Program-made: the position numbers and the translations under genes | The notes under the pieces: model-generated | Database searches by the model: none | What the model was told of the DNA's origin: nothing | Seen by the model: only the letters and a program-made list of their open reading frames with translations | In this document: in pieces, positions 1-10,179 of the stretch | Layout of the letters: each line of letters starts with the position of its first letter | Numbering within the stretch: position 1 is the first letter of the stretch | Source of the DNA: Nostoc sp. | Lineage (GTDB): Bacteria; Cyanobacteriota; Cyanobacteriia; Cyanobacteriales; Nostocaceae | NCBI GenBank assembly: GCA_036918135.1 | Contig: JBALDB010000067.1 | Location: 160,001 to 224,000, forward strand | Direction of reading: 5' to 3' | DNA length: 64,000 bases

Positions 1-1
1 T

Positions 2-1813
2 GAATCAGAGCAATTAACCTATCGAGAGTTGAATAACCGAGCAAATCAACTAGCACACTACCTGCAAGAACTGGGAGTAAAACCAGAGGTATTAGTGGGG
101 ATTTGTGTGGAGCGCTCTCTAGAGATGGCGATCGGGCTATTAGCTATTCTCAAAGCAGGTGGGGCATATATACCGCTAGATCCAATGTACCCACCAGAAC
201 GGTTAACTTTCATGCTAGAGAATGCCAATATCTTCGTCTTATTGACTCACAAATGCCTAGCGGATAAGTTATCAGAGTATAAAGGCTATGTAATTTGTTT
301 GGACACAGATTCGGAAGCCATAGCCCAACAAAGCCAAGAAAATCAAGTCAGTGGTGTCACACCAGACAATTTAATCTATGCGATCTACACATCTGGGTCA
401 ACAGGAAAACCTAAAGGGGCAGGAGTCTACCAACGAAGCTTTACCAATCTGCTGAATTGGTTTGTAACAGAATTTAATCTGACCAGCAGCGATCGCGTTT
501 TACTCATATCTTCTTTAAGTTTCGATTTGACGCAAAAGAATATTTACGCCCCTCTACTCGTGGGAGGTGAGTTGCATCTTTTGTCATCCGGATGCTACGA
601 CGCAGCACAAATCGTTGAGTCGGTCTGTGACAAGCAAATAACATGGCTCAACTGCACTCCGAGCGCCTTTTATCCATTGATAGATCGAGGCGATCGAAGT
701 TTGTCTATGAAGAAGACGCTGAGGTATGTATTTTTGGGTGGTGAACCTATTTCGATATCTAGGCTAAAGCTATGGCTCGATCGTGTTCCCTGCAAAACAC
801 AAATTGTAAACACTTACGGCCCAACCGAGTGTACAGACATTTGCGCGGCTTATCGGGTAACTCAACCAGAACAATTGTTAGAAAAAGTAGTACCGATTGG
901 GAAGCCGATTCATAATGCCAAAGTATACGTGTTAGATGGAAATCTCAAGCCTTTACCGATGGGTATGGTAGGTGAACTCTATGTTGGTGGTGAAGGAGTC
1001 GGACGAGGCTATATCAATAATTTAGATCTGACTTTAGCTAAGTTTGTTTGCAATCCTTTCAGCCTCAAACCAGGCGCATGGCTATACAAAAGCGGGGATT
1101 TGGCTCGTTATTTAAGTGATGGTAATATCGAGTTTCTCGGTCGGATTGATAACCAGGTGAAGATTCGCGGTTTTCGGATCGAACTTGAAGAAATTGAAGT
1201 AATCATTAGTCAACACCCAGCAGTCAAGGCGAGTGTGGTTGTAGTTAGTGAGGATGAATCAGGTTTTAAGCGTTTGGTAGCGTATCAAGTCCTTCACCCA
1301 GAACAATCACTGACAGTTAGTGAGTTGCGCTGCTTCTTACAGTCTAAGTTGCCGAACTACATGATACCAAATGCCTTGGTAATACTAGAGGTACTGCCAC
1401 TAACCCCCAACGGCAAGATTGATAGGCGATCGCTACCTGCACCAGAAACTCTTGACTTAGAGTTAGAAGTTGCTTATGTGATGCCACAAACCCAGATGGA
1501 ACGAACCATCGCTACTGTTTGGCAAGATGTCTTACATGTGGAAAAGGTGGGCGTAAATGACAATTTCTTTGAAATCGGTGGTCATTCATTATTAATGGTT
1601 CAAGTCAATAGCAAATTACAAGAAGTTTTGCAAAGAGATTTATCAGTTGTAGAAATGTTTCAGAATCCAACTGTAAATTCCCTAGCACAATATTTAAATC
1701 AAAAACAACAACTTTCTTTTACAGGAACACGCGATCGCGCCAATAAGCAAATTGAGGCCATCAATCGCCAAAAGCAATTATTGAGCAAACAAAATAAAAA
1801 GAATTATGAATAA
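2..1813 (+). CDS. NRPS, 5'-truncated (A-T plus C-terminal docking helix)
   Basis: The frame is open from base 2 (ESEQLTYRELNNRANQLA, A1 motif). Motifs: YTSGSTGKPKG, NTYGPTE, YKSGDL and carrier FFEIGGHSLL. The stop overlaps the next ATG. By-eye code DLKNFGTDIK; substrate not assigned. Confidence 0.95.
   Translation, partial: ESEQLTYRELNNRANQLAHYLQELGVKPEVLVGICVERSLEMAIGLLAILKAGGAYIPLDPMYPPERLTFMLENANIFVLLTHKCLADKLSEYKGYVICLDTDSEAIAQQSQENQVSGVTPDNLIYAIYTSGSTGKPKGAGVYQRSFTNLLNWFVTEFNLTSSDRVLLISSLSFDLTQKNIYAPLLVGGELHLLSSGCYDAAQIVESVCDKQITWLNCTPSAFYPLIDRGDRSLSMKKTLRYVFLGGEPISISRLKLWLDRVPCKTQIVNTYGPTECTDICAAYRVTQPEQLLEKVVPIGKPIHNAKVYVLDGNLKPLPMGMVGELYVGGEGVGRGYINNLDLTLAKFVCNPFSLKPGAWLYKSGDLARYLSDGNIEFLGRIDNQVKIRGFRIELEEIEVIISQHPAVKASVVVVSEDESGFKRLVAYQVLHPEQSLTVSELRCFLQSKLPNYMIPNALVILEVLPLTPNGKIDRRSLPAPETLDLELEVAYVMPQTQMERTIATVWQDVLHVEKVGVNDNFFEIGGHSLLMVQVNSKLQEVLQRDLSVVEMFQNPTVNSLAQYLNQKQQLSFTGTRDRANKQIEAINRQKQLLSKQNKKNYE
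489..496. repeat. HIP1 octamer GCGATCGC (representative copy; many throughout)
   Basis: Further copies at e.g. 1426, 1731, 2580 and 19873. HIP1 is a hallmark of cyanobacterial DNA. Confidence 0.9.
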
Positions 1814-4800
1814 CGTTACAAATTCTCATCTTTTAGAAGGTATTGCTGTTATTGGAATGGCTGGGCGCTTTCCTGATGCTAAGAATGTTTTTAGTTTTTG
1901 GCAGAATTTATCTAATGGAGTTGAGTCAATTTCGGCGTTTACAGATGAAGAATTAATCGCCTCTGGAGTTTCACCAGAACTACTCAACAATCCTAATTAT
2001 TTAAAAGTTGGAGCTATATTAGAAAATATCGATTTCTTCGATGCTACATTCTTTAGTTTTAATCCCAAAGAAGCAGAAATTACCGACCCGCAACATCGTT
2101 TGTTTTTAGAATGTGCATGGGAAGCACTAGAAAATGCTGGTTATGCTTCCCAAAGCTGTGAAAGTAGAATTGGTGTTTATGCTGGCGCTAGTTTAAATAA
2201 TTATCAATCATTTAATTTAAACCGCGACCAAATTGGGTCGGCGAATACTTTCCAAAAAATGATTGGTAATGATAAAGATTTCCTTGCTACTCGTGTTTCC
2301 TATAAATTAAATCTTACAGGCCCAAGTCTGACGGTACAAACTGCTTGTTCTACCTCCTTGGTGGCAACTTCTTTAGCTTGTCAAAGCTTATTGAATTATC
2401 AGTGTGACATGGCTTTGGCTGGGGGAGTATCTGTTCGTATTCCTCAAAAAACAGGGTATTTACATCAAGAAGGGGGAATTTTATCACCTGACGGTCACTG
2501 TCGCGCCTTTGATGCCAAAGCAAGAGGAACAATTATTGGTAATGGTGCCGGAGTAGTGGTTTTAAAGCGGTTAGCTGAGGCGATCGCCGATGGTGACAAT
2601 ATATATGCTGTAATCAAAGGTAGTGCTGTAAATAATGATGGCTCTGGTAAAGTAGGTTACACAGCACCTAGTGTGAACGGACAAGCTCAAGTGATTGCAG
2701 AGGCACTTGCTCTAGCAGATGTGGAACCCGAAACGATTAACTATATAGAAACTCACGGTTCGGGAACTGTCTTAGGCGATCCGATTGAAATTTCTGCTTT
2801 AACCAACGTTTTTCGTGAAAGTACTCATAAAAAAGGATTTTGTGCAATTGGTTCAGTGAAAACGAATATCGGTCATTTGGATGCAGCAGCAGGAGTTACA
2901 AGTTTAATTAAAACCGTTTTGGCTCTCAAACATCAACAAATTCCCCCCAGCTTAAATTTTGAAGAACCAAATCCAGAAATTGATTTTGCCAATAGTCCTT
3001 TTTACGTCAACACCAAGCTGAGAGAATGGCAAACTACTGATACTCCTCGGCGTGCAGGTGTGAGTTCTTTGGGTATAGGTGGGACTAATGCTCACGTCAT
3101 TTTAGAAGAAGCCCCAACCCTGCCAGAATCTAGTCCTTCTCGTCCTTGGCAGTTATTGGTACTTTCAGCCAAAACAGACTCAGCATTAAAAAGCGCTACT
3201 GTCAATCTGGCAGATTATCTCAAACAGCATCCCGATTTAAACCTTGCAGATATTGCTTATACGTTGCAGTGTGGACGACAAGTTTTTGAGCATCGCCAGA
3301 CAGTTGTCTGTCAAGATATTGTAGATGCGATCGCCGCACTTGCAGATCCAAAGCGCTTACTTAACAATGTTCAACAAACTGAAGAACGTCCCCTAGCCTT
3401 TATGTTTCCAGGGCTTGGTACTCAATATGTCAACATGACTGTTGAACTTTACCAAGTTGAACCGACATTTCGCCAAAAAATTGACTATTGTTGTGAATTT
3501 CTCAAACCGCTTCTTGGTCAAGATTTGCGAGATGTCCTCTATCCCAGTAGAAACAGTGAAAATCACACTCAGCAAAAAAGCACTCTGGGCACTGGGTTAG
3601 ATTTGCGAAAAATGTTAGGTCGTGGCGTTGAACAAGCAGATATAGCCACTGAAAAACTCAATCAAACCGCTCTAACTCAGCCAGCTATTTTTGTGATTGA
3701 GTACGCCTTGGCGCAGTTGTGGATGTCATGGGGAATTCGTCCTACGGCAATGATTGGCTACAGCATCGGTGAATACGTTGCGGCTACCTTGGCAGGAGTG
3801 TTGTCTGTTGAAGATGCTTTAACTCTTGTCGCTAAAAGAGCGCAAATGATTCAGGAATTACCAAGTGGCGCAATGTTGGCTGTCCCCCTTTCGGAAGAAG
3901 AGGTGCGTCCCTTGTTGAATGAGAATCTTTGTTTGTCAGCAATCAACGGTTCGCAACAGTGCGTAATTGCTGGCGTTATAGAGGCTGTGGATGAATTAGA
4001 AAGCAAGTTGACTCAAAGAGGATTAGCCTGTCGGCGTTTGCAAACTTCCCATGCTTTTCATTCAAACATGATGGATGCGATCGCCCAACCATTCACCAAC
4101 TTAGTAAAAACTCTTAATCTCCAGCCACCCAAAATTCCCTATTTATCTAACGTCACGGGAAACTGGATTACAGCAGCCGAAGCGACAAATCCCACATACT
4201 GGACAAAGCATCTATGTGAACCTGTGCGTTTTGCAGATGGAATTCAACAATTGGAGAAAAAACAAAATCCGATTCTCTTGGAGGTGGGAGCAGGACAAAC
4301 GCTCAGCAGTTTAGCTTTACAGTGTTTGGATAACGGCTTTTCTACAGGTCGAGTCGTACTCCCCTCGCTGAAGCATTCCTACGAGCGACAGCCAGATTTG
4401 GCTTTCTTGCTTAAAACATTAGGTCAGTTGTGGCTCTCAGGAGTGCAGATTGATTGGTCGGGCTTTTATGCTGCCGAGCGCCGTTATCGCCTTCCCTTAC
4501 CAACTTATCCCTTTGAGCGCCAACGTTACTGGATTGAACCGCAAACATTATCTTCACCTCAGCAGTTCCACCCCAGAGTGACAGCATCAGAGCTTTGGAA
4601 GTCTCTGGTAGAAGCTGCTCAGATGCAAGCGATTCAAGGGAGTTTGGAATTTGACGACCAGACTTATCGAGCAAACAAACAATGCTTAGATAGTTTATGT
4701 ACTGCTTACATGAGCTTTGCTCTGAAGCGTTTAGGTGCATTTAGCGATTCAGCCAAAAAGTATTCTATTGAGGAATTATTCGAGCAATCTTCTATTATTC

Positions 4801-7655
4801 CTAAATATCGTGAATTGTTGTCTAGGTGGTTGGAAGTACTAGTAGAGCAAGGTCAGTTACAGCAAGAGCAGGGCCTATTTACCAACTTTTTACCATCGTC
4901 AACAGAGGATATCAATACTCTTTTAGAAGAAGTCAGAGTCAGATGGGCAGATACACCTCAAAATATTAACTTGATCCAAATCTTTGGTGAAAATCTGGTA
5001 GCTGTGCTGACTGGTGAAAAAGAACCATTGGAGTTACACGTTGCCACATTAGTCAACCAAGGAGAAATTTCTCGACAAAATTTGCCCTCTGAAGTTTACT
5101 TAAGAGGCATTATGCGGGCAATGCTGCAAAAGCTGACAACAACTTTACCAGCAGACGCGAACCTGAGAATTTTAGAAATCGGCGGTGGAACTGGGATTGC
5201 TACAGAGGAATTACTACCTGTGCTATCATCCCCGCACGCAAACTATACTTTTACCGATGTCGGTGGTTTTTTCGTCAAAGAAGCCAAAAATAAGTTTAGT
5301 GTGTATCCTTTTGTGGAATATGGCTTACTAGACATCGAGCGATCGCCACAACAGCAGGGTTACAATAGCCACAGCTTTGATGTGGTGGTAGCTGTAAATG
5401 TATTGCACATAGCCCGCAACATCGAACAAACCCTAGAGCATGTTCGTTCTTTATTAGCTCCTGGAGGCTTCTTACTGCTGTGGGAAATTACTCAACCTAG
5501 ACCAGAGTCGGACATGATTGATGCTCTGATCATGAATCCCATAGAAGATGAAACAGGCAGCCGCAACATGGCTAATCCATTTTTATCAAAGGAGCAGTGG
5601 CAAGAAGCCCTGAAATCCTGTGGTTTTGTTGAGGTGGCAGCTTTCTCTGAATTTGAAGCCTTTGGCGAACATGTGTTTATTGCTCAGGTTGCTGACTCAA
5701 CAGGATTATCAGCACCAGCAGCATTTACAACTTTAGTCAATGGCAAGGTTGACAAGCTGCCTCAAGTCTTGTCAGATAAAAAGCCGGACATTGCTGACTG
5801 GTTCTATATCCCATCCTGGAAACGCTCAATGCCACCTCAGCCTTTTAAATTGACTCTGCCAAGATGCTGGTTAGTATTTGTCGATGAGTGCGGCTTGGGT
5901 GCCCAAGTAGTGAAGCGACTCCAACTTGAAAACCAGAATGTTATTACCGTCAAGAAGGGAGAGCAATTTAGCAATCAGAGCAAATCTTCTCCAGATGTAG
6001 GTGGTCAACAATACACAATCAATCCTCGACAACAGGATGACTACCATACCCTACTCAAAAAACTTCGCACCCTAGATTTAACCCCCTCAACAATTGTTTA
6101 TTTATGGAGTGTTACACCGCCCGATCGCTTAGAATTAGAACTTGAATCCGTAGACTCCCAAGACTTAGACTTTTACAGTTTGCTATTTCTAGCCCAGGCA
6201 ATTGGAGAACAAAATCTCACAGATTCCCTGGAAATTGCAATTGTGTCAAATAATATGCAGGAATTAACAGGCCAAGAGACGCTGTCTCCGGAAAAAGCAC
6301 TAGTTCTCGGGCCTTGTAAAATTATTCCGTTGGAGTATCCAAATATCAACTGTTGTAGTATTGATGTCGTTCTTCCTGAAGTTCAAAGTTGGCAAGGGGA
6401 TAAACTCGTAGACCAACTACTGAACGAGCTACATACTCAACCATCTGAGCAGATTATCGCTTACCGGGGCAATCATCGCTGGGTACAGACCTTTGAGCCA
6501 ATTCGACTGGATGAAACTGTTGAAGGACAAACACGCTTGAGGGAAGGAGGAGTCTATCTAATTACGGGTGGATTAGGAGGCGTTGGTCTAGTGTTGGCAG
6601 AGTTTTTAGCACAGACCGTCAAAGCAAAACTGATACTGACTGGACGTTCGGCTTTTCCCGATCGCCACGAGTGGTCACAATGGCTATCCACTCACGATGA
6701 ATCCGACAGTATCAGCTGTAAAATCCGAAAATTACAAGCGATCGAGGCGTTGGGTGCAGAGGTATTGTTAGTCAGCGCTGATATTGCCAACCTCGAACAA
6801 ATGTCGGGTGCGATCGCTCAGGCAAATAATCGATTTGGTCAAATTCATGGCGTAATTCATACCGCAGTAGTTCCAGGGGGAGGTCTGATTCAACTCAAAA
6901 CAAAAGCAGCAGCAGCAAATGCTCTTGCACCGAAAGTCAAGGGAACACGAATCCTCGATATTCTCTTTAAGAATGCCAAACTGGATTTCTTTGTACTCTG
7001 TTCATCAAGTAGTACATTTCATCCTGTAGCGGGTATGGTAGACTACATTGCTGAAAATGCCTTTCTTGATGCGTTCGCTCACTACAGTGTCTCTAAATAC
7101 GGCAAGTTTACCAGAGCCATTGACTGGGATAGATGGAGCAATTTAGGAACCGCAGTAGCTGTTGAAGCACGGTATAAAGCTCTAATACAGAAAGAGATTG
7201 CGCCAGGAATGATACCAGAAGAAGGCATTGAGGTATTTAAACGGATTCTCTTGAATAGCACAGTGCCTCAAATAGTTGTATCAACGCAGGATTTACAGAT
7301 TGAGATTGAGCAGAAATTTTCCTTAGAAGTCTTAAAGAAAACTAACATATCCAAATCGGCATACCAAAGACCCCAACTCAGAAATGCTTATGTTGCTCCT
7401 ACCAGTGAGAGTGAGTCCAAGATTGCTGATATCTATCAAGAGTTATTAGGAATTGAGCAGGTAGGCATTCATGACAACTTCTTTGAGTTAGGAGGAGACT
7501 CCTTAATCGGAACCGTACTAATTTCTCAGCTTCGGAAAAACTTCCAGGTAGAACTATCTGTTCGTTGCCTCTTTGAAGCACCCTCTGTATTTGAATTGGC
7601 TTTAGTTATTGAAGAAACCATCATTGAAGAGTTAGAAAAATTATCTGAAGTTTAA
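1806..7655 (+). CDS. Type I cis-AT PKS module KS-AT-MT-KR-ACP
   Basis: KS TACSTS/HGSGT/NIGHL; AT GYSIG and HAFH; MT LEIGGGTG and VNVLH; KR GGLGGVG and DYIAEN; ACP FFELGGDSL; acidic C-terminal docking tail. Confidence 0.95.
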   Translation: MNNVTNSHLLEGIAVIGMAGRFPDAKNVFSFWQNLSNGVESISAFTDEELIASGVSPELLNNPNYLKVGAILENIDFFDATFFSFNPKEAEITDPQHRLFLECAWEALENAGYASQSCESRIGVYAGASLNNYQSFNLNRDQIGSANTFQKMIGNDKDFLATRVSYKLNLTGPSLTVQTACSTSLVATSLACQSLLNYQCDMALAGGVSVRIPQKTGYLHQEGGILSPDGHCRAFDAKARGTIIGNGAGVVVLKRLAEAIADGDNIYAVIKGSAVNNDGSGKVGYTAPSVNGQAQVIAEALALADVEPETINYIETHGSGTVLGDPIEISALTNVFRESTHKKGFCAIGSVKTNIGHLDAAAGVTSLIKTVLALKHQQIPPSLNFEEPNPEIDFANSPFYVNTKLREWQTTDTPRRAGVSSLGIGGTNAHVILEEAPTLPESSPSRPWQLLVLSAKTDSALKSATVNLADYLKQHPDLNLADIAYTLQCGRQVFEHRQTVVCQDIVDAIAALADPKRLLNNVQQTEERPLAFMFPGLGTQYVNMTVELYQVEPTFRQKIDYCCEFLKPLLGQDLRDVLYPSRNSENHTQQKSTLGTGLDLRKMLGRGVEQADIATEKLNQTALTQPAIFVIEYALAQLWMSWGIRPTAMIGYSIGEYVAATLAGVLSVEDALTLVAKRAQMIQELPSGAMLAVPLSEEEVRPLLNENLCLSAINGSQQCVIAGVIEAVDELESKLTQRGLACRRLQTSHAFHSNMMDAIAQPFTNLVKTLNLQPPKIPYLSNVTGNWITAAEATNPTYWTKHLCEPVRFADGIQQLEKKQNPILLEVGAGQTLSSLALQCLDNGFSTGRVVLPSLKHSYERQPDLAFLLKTLGQLWLSGVQIDWSGFYAAERRYRLPLPTYPFERQRYWIEPQTLSSPQQFHPRVTASELWKSLVEAAQMQAIQGSLEFDDQTYRANKQCLDSLCTAYMSFALKRLGAFSDSAKKYSIEELFEQSSIIPKYRELLSRWLEVLVEQGQLQQEQGLFTNFLPSSTEDINTLLEEVRVRWADTPQNINLIQIFGENLVAVLTGEKEPLELHVATLVNQGEISRQNLPSEVYLRGIMRAMLQKLTTTLPADANLRILEIGGGTGIATEELLPVLSSPHANYTFTDVGGFFVKEAKNKFSVYPFVEYGLLDIERSPQQQGYNSHSFDVVVAVNVLHIARNIEQTLEHVRSLLAPGGFLLLWEITQPRPESDMIDALIMNPIEDETGSRNMANPFLSKEQWQEALKSCGFVEVAAFSEFEAFGEHVFIAQVADSTGLSAPAAFTTLVNGKVDKLPQVLSDKKPDIADWFYIPSWKRSMPPQPFKLTLPRCWLVFVDECGLGAQVVKRLQLENQNVITVKKGEQFSNQSKSSPDVGGQQYTINPRQQDDYHTLLKKLRTLDLTPSTIVYLWSVTPPDRLELELESVDSQDLDFYSLLFLAQAIGEQNLTDSLEIAIVSNNMQELTGQETLSPEKALVLGPCKIIPLEYPNINCCSIDVVLPEVQSWQGDKLVDQLLNELHTQPSEQIIAYRGNHRWVQTFEPIRLDETVEGQTRLREGGVYLITGGLGGVGLVLAEFLAQTVKAKLILTGRSAFPDRHEWSQWLSTHDESDSISCKIRKLQAIEALGAEVLLVSADIANLEQMSGAIAQANNRFGQIHGVIHTAVVPGGGLIQLKTKAAAANALAPKVKGTRILDILFKNAKLDFFVLCSSSSTFHPVAGMVDYIAENAFLDAFAHYSVSKYGKFTRAIDWDRWSNLGTAVAVEARYKALIQKEIAPGMIPEEGIEVFKRILLNSTVPQIVVSTQDLQIEIEQKFSLEVLKKTNISKSAYQRPQLRNAYVAPTSESESKIADIYQELLGIEQVGIHDNFFELGGDSLIGTVLISQLRKNFQVELSVRCLFEAPSVFELALVIEETIIEELEKLSEV

Positions 7656-7767
7656 GCTAATGTTAACTTTGAAAAATTAAGTTGCCACTTTGAATCATTG
7701 ACTATTTCTTAAACTAAATATTACGTACTTAAGTACAAAAACATGTAAATGAAGGTTAATTAAAATT

Positions 7768-8622
7768 ATGAATATTCAAACAGTAGGTGTTGTTGGTGCG
7801 GGGGTCATGGGAATAGGGGTTGCACAAAATCTGGCTCAAACAGGTCATCAAGTCTTTCTAGTAGATATTTTAGAAAATATCTTGGATAAAGCTAAATATG
7901 AAATCAGGAATAATATCCGCTTTCAGAGTTTTTTTAAAAAAAGTAATAACACAGAAACTCCAGATAGTATCCTCAGTAAAATAGAGTTTTCAACAAACTA
8001 TAAAATTTTAGATAATACAGATTTTGTTATAGAAAATGTCACTGAAAAATGGGATATTAAAAGAGAGGTATATCCTTTACTAGATTCTATTTGTTCGCCA
8101 AATTGCGTATTTGCCGCTAACACATCAGCTATTCCCATTACCCGCATTGCTTCAGTCACCAAACGTGCCGATAAAATTGTTGGGATACACTTTATGAATC
8201 CTGTACCAATGAAGCCGATGGTGGAGATGATTCGCGGGTATCATACCTCTGATGCAACAATTGAGACAGCAAAACAAATGTTAGCTCAGATGGGTAAAGA
8301 ATCGATAATTGTTAATGATGCACCAGGTTTTGTTTCTAACCGGGTGTTGATGTTAACTATTAACGAAGCTATTTTTCTATTGCAAGACCAAGTTGCTACA
8401 GCAGAAGATGTGGACAAAATCTTTAAAGGTTGTTTTGGTCACAAAATGGGGCCTTTAGAAACAGCAGATTTAATTGGTCTAGACACAATTTTGTTTTCTA
8501 TTGAAGTCTTGTATGAAAGCTTTAACGATAGCAAGTACAGACCATGCCCTTTACTCAAAAAAATGGTAGATGCAGGGTTGCATGGTAAAAAAACTGGTAA
8601 AGGTTTTTACGTGTATCAATAA
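7768..8622 (+). CDS. 3-hydroxyacyl-CoA dehydrogenase family (FkbK/ZmaG-like glyceryl-ACP dehydrogenase)
   Basis: GVVGAGVMG Rossmann motif, ANTSAIPIT, GIHFMNP, GPLETADLIGLD. Adjacent to an ACP, an acyl-CoA dehydrogenase and FkbH. Confidence 0.9.
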   Translation: MNIQTVGVVGAGVMGIGVAQNLAQTGHQVFLVDILENILDKAKYEIRNNIRFQSFFKKSNNTETPDSILSKIEFSTNYKILDNTDFVIENVTEKWDIKREVYPLLDSICSPNCVFAANTSAIPITRIASVTKRADKIVGIHFMNPVPMKPMVEMIRGYHTSDATIETAKQMLAQMGKESIIVNDAPGFVSNRVLMLTINEAIFLLQDQVATAEDVDKIFKGCFGHKMGPLETADLIGLDTILFSIEVLYESFNDSKYRPCPLLKKMVDAGLHGKKTGKGFYVYQ

Positions 8623-8641
8623 ATAGGGAATATTAAGAATA

Positions 8642-8890
8642 ATGAACGAAATTCAATCTAAAATCAAAACTTTTCTTTCCAAATTCTTTAGCAATTATGA
8701 TTTACAACCGAACGAAGACATTTTTGCTCTAGGTTTTGTCAATTCTATGTTTGCTATGCAACTTGTTTTGTTTGTAGAGCAAGAATTTCAGATTGCTATT
8801 GAAAACGAGGATTTAGAATTTGAAAATTTCCGTACAATCAACTCTATCGCCAATTTAGTCGAACGTAAAACTGCTGTTCTCGTGCAGTAA
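8642..8890 (+). CDS. Stand-alone acyl carrier protein (FkbJ/ZmaD-like)
   Basis: 82 aa acidic protein with GFVNSMFAMQLV phosphopantetheine-site motif, typical of extender-unit ACPs; cassette context. Confidence 0.9.
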   Translation: MNEIQSKIKTFLSKFFSNYDLQPNEDIFALGFVNSMFAMQLVLFVEQEFQIAIENEDLEFENFRTINSIANLVERKTAVLVQ

Positions 8891-8930
8891 TTAAATAAAA
8901 GTTGCCATTTGATGCGGCAGAAATAGTATT

Positions 8931-10139
8931 ATGATGGAACTCTCTGCTCAACAAAAAAATGCTAAAGCTGAATTTAGAGCTTTTGCTAATCAGGAAATAT
9001 GTCCTAATGCTGGGGAATGGGATAAGAAAGAATTTACCCCACCAGAACTAATTAAGAAAATAGCTCAATGTGGTTTTCTTGGTGCTATATTGCCCCAAGA
9101 ATATGGCGGTCAAAAAATGGACATGATTACCTATGGCATTCTTAATGAGGAAATCGGACGCGGATGTTCTTCTATTAGGAGTTTGCTGACAGTTCACAAC
9201 ATGGTTGCTCATGCTTTGTGTAAATGGGGTAATAAATCTCAAAAACAGTATTGGCTTCCAAAATTTGCATCTGGAGAAGTCATCGCTGCTTTTGCATTAA
9301 GCGAGCCGAATGTCGGTAGCGATGCCAAAAGTGTAGAAACAACAGTAACACTTACTGGTGATGCTTATGTCTTAAATGGGCAAAAAAAATGGATTACCTA
9401 TGGACAAATAGCAGATGTATTTTTAGTCTTTGCTAAATGTGAGGAAAAACCCACTGCTTTTTTAGTTGAAAAAAATAGTCCTGGATTTTCAGTTAAACCA
9501 ATGTCTGGGATTTTAGGTGTTAGAGCTTCAATGTCAGCAGAATTGCAGTTTAACAATTGTCAAATTCCTCAAGAAAATTTAGTAGGTAAATTAGGTTTTG
9601 GATTTTCCTACATTGCGGCTACTGCACTTGATTATGGTAGATATAGTGTGGCATCGGGTTGTGTAGGTATTGCTCAAGCATGTTTGGAGGCTTGTATCAA
9701 GTATACAAATGAACGAAAACAGTTTGGCGTTTATCTCAAAGAACATCAATTAATCCGCCAAATGATTACTCAGATGATAACTAACGTTAAAGCAGCAAGA
9801 TTGTTATGTTACCAAGCTGGTTATCTCAAAGACATTAACGACCCTAACTCAATTATGGAAACTTCTATTGCTAAGTACTTTGCATCCACAGTAGCTACCA
9901 AAATAGCAAATGATGCCGTGCAAATTCATGGTGGCAATGGTTGTAGCAGTGAGTACCCAGTTGAAAGGTATTTACGCGACTCGAAAGTTATGGAAATCAT
10001 CGAAGGTAGTACTCAAATTCAAGAGATTACTATTGCAGAGTCAGGTTATCAAGATTATTTTTTTTCAAGTATAACTACTAATTCAAATAAAAAAGTATTG
10101 GATGAAAAGAATATTTTTCTAGCTACTAATAATAGCTAG
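8931..10139 (+). CDS. Acyl-CoA/acyl-ACP dehydrogenase (FkbI/ZmaE-like)
   Basis: AFALSEPNVGSDA, LNGQKKWIT, RKQFG, VQIHGGNG, IIEGSTQIQ. Confidence 0.92.
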   Translation: MMELSAQQKNAKAEFRAFANQEICPNAGEWDKKEFTPPELIKKIAQCGFLGAILPQEYGGQKMDMITYGILNEEIGRGCSSIRSLLTVHNMVAHALCKWGNKSQKQYWLPKFASGEVIAAFALSEPNVGSDAKSVETTVTLTGDAYVLNGQKKWITYGQIADVFLVFAKCEEKPTAFLVEKNSPGFSVKPMSGILGVRASMSAELQFNNCQIPQENLVGKLGFGFSYIAATALDYGRYSVASGCVGIAQACLEACIKYTNERKQFGVYLKEHQLIRQMITQMITNVKAARLLCYQAGYLKDINDPNSIMETSIAKYFASTVATKIANDAVQIHGGNGCSSEYPVERYLRDSKVMEIIEGSTQIQEITIAESGYQDYFFSSITTNSNKKVLDEKNIFLATNNS

Positions 10140-10179
10140 TAGTATTTAAAATCTCAAAACTATTATCAAGGTATATTTC

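Noticed and set aside
7725..7736. Perfect palindrome GTACTTAAGTAC upstream of the extender cassette as an NtcA site
   Set aside because: The spacing is GTA-N6-TAC rather than N8. It could be chance in AT-rich DNA or another operator; there is no support either way.
7768..10139. Fatty-acid beta-oxidation or butyrate pathway genes
   Set aside because: The intervening ACP and nearby FkbH identify an extender-unit cassette; no thiolase or crotonase is present.
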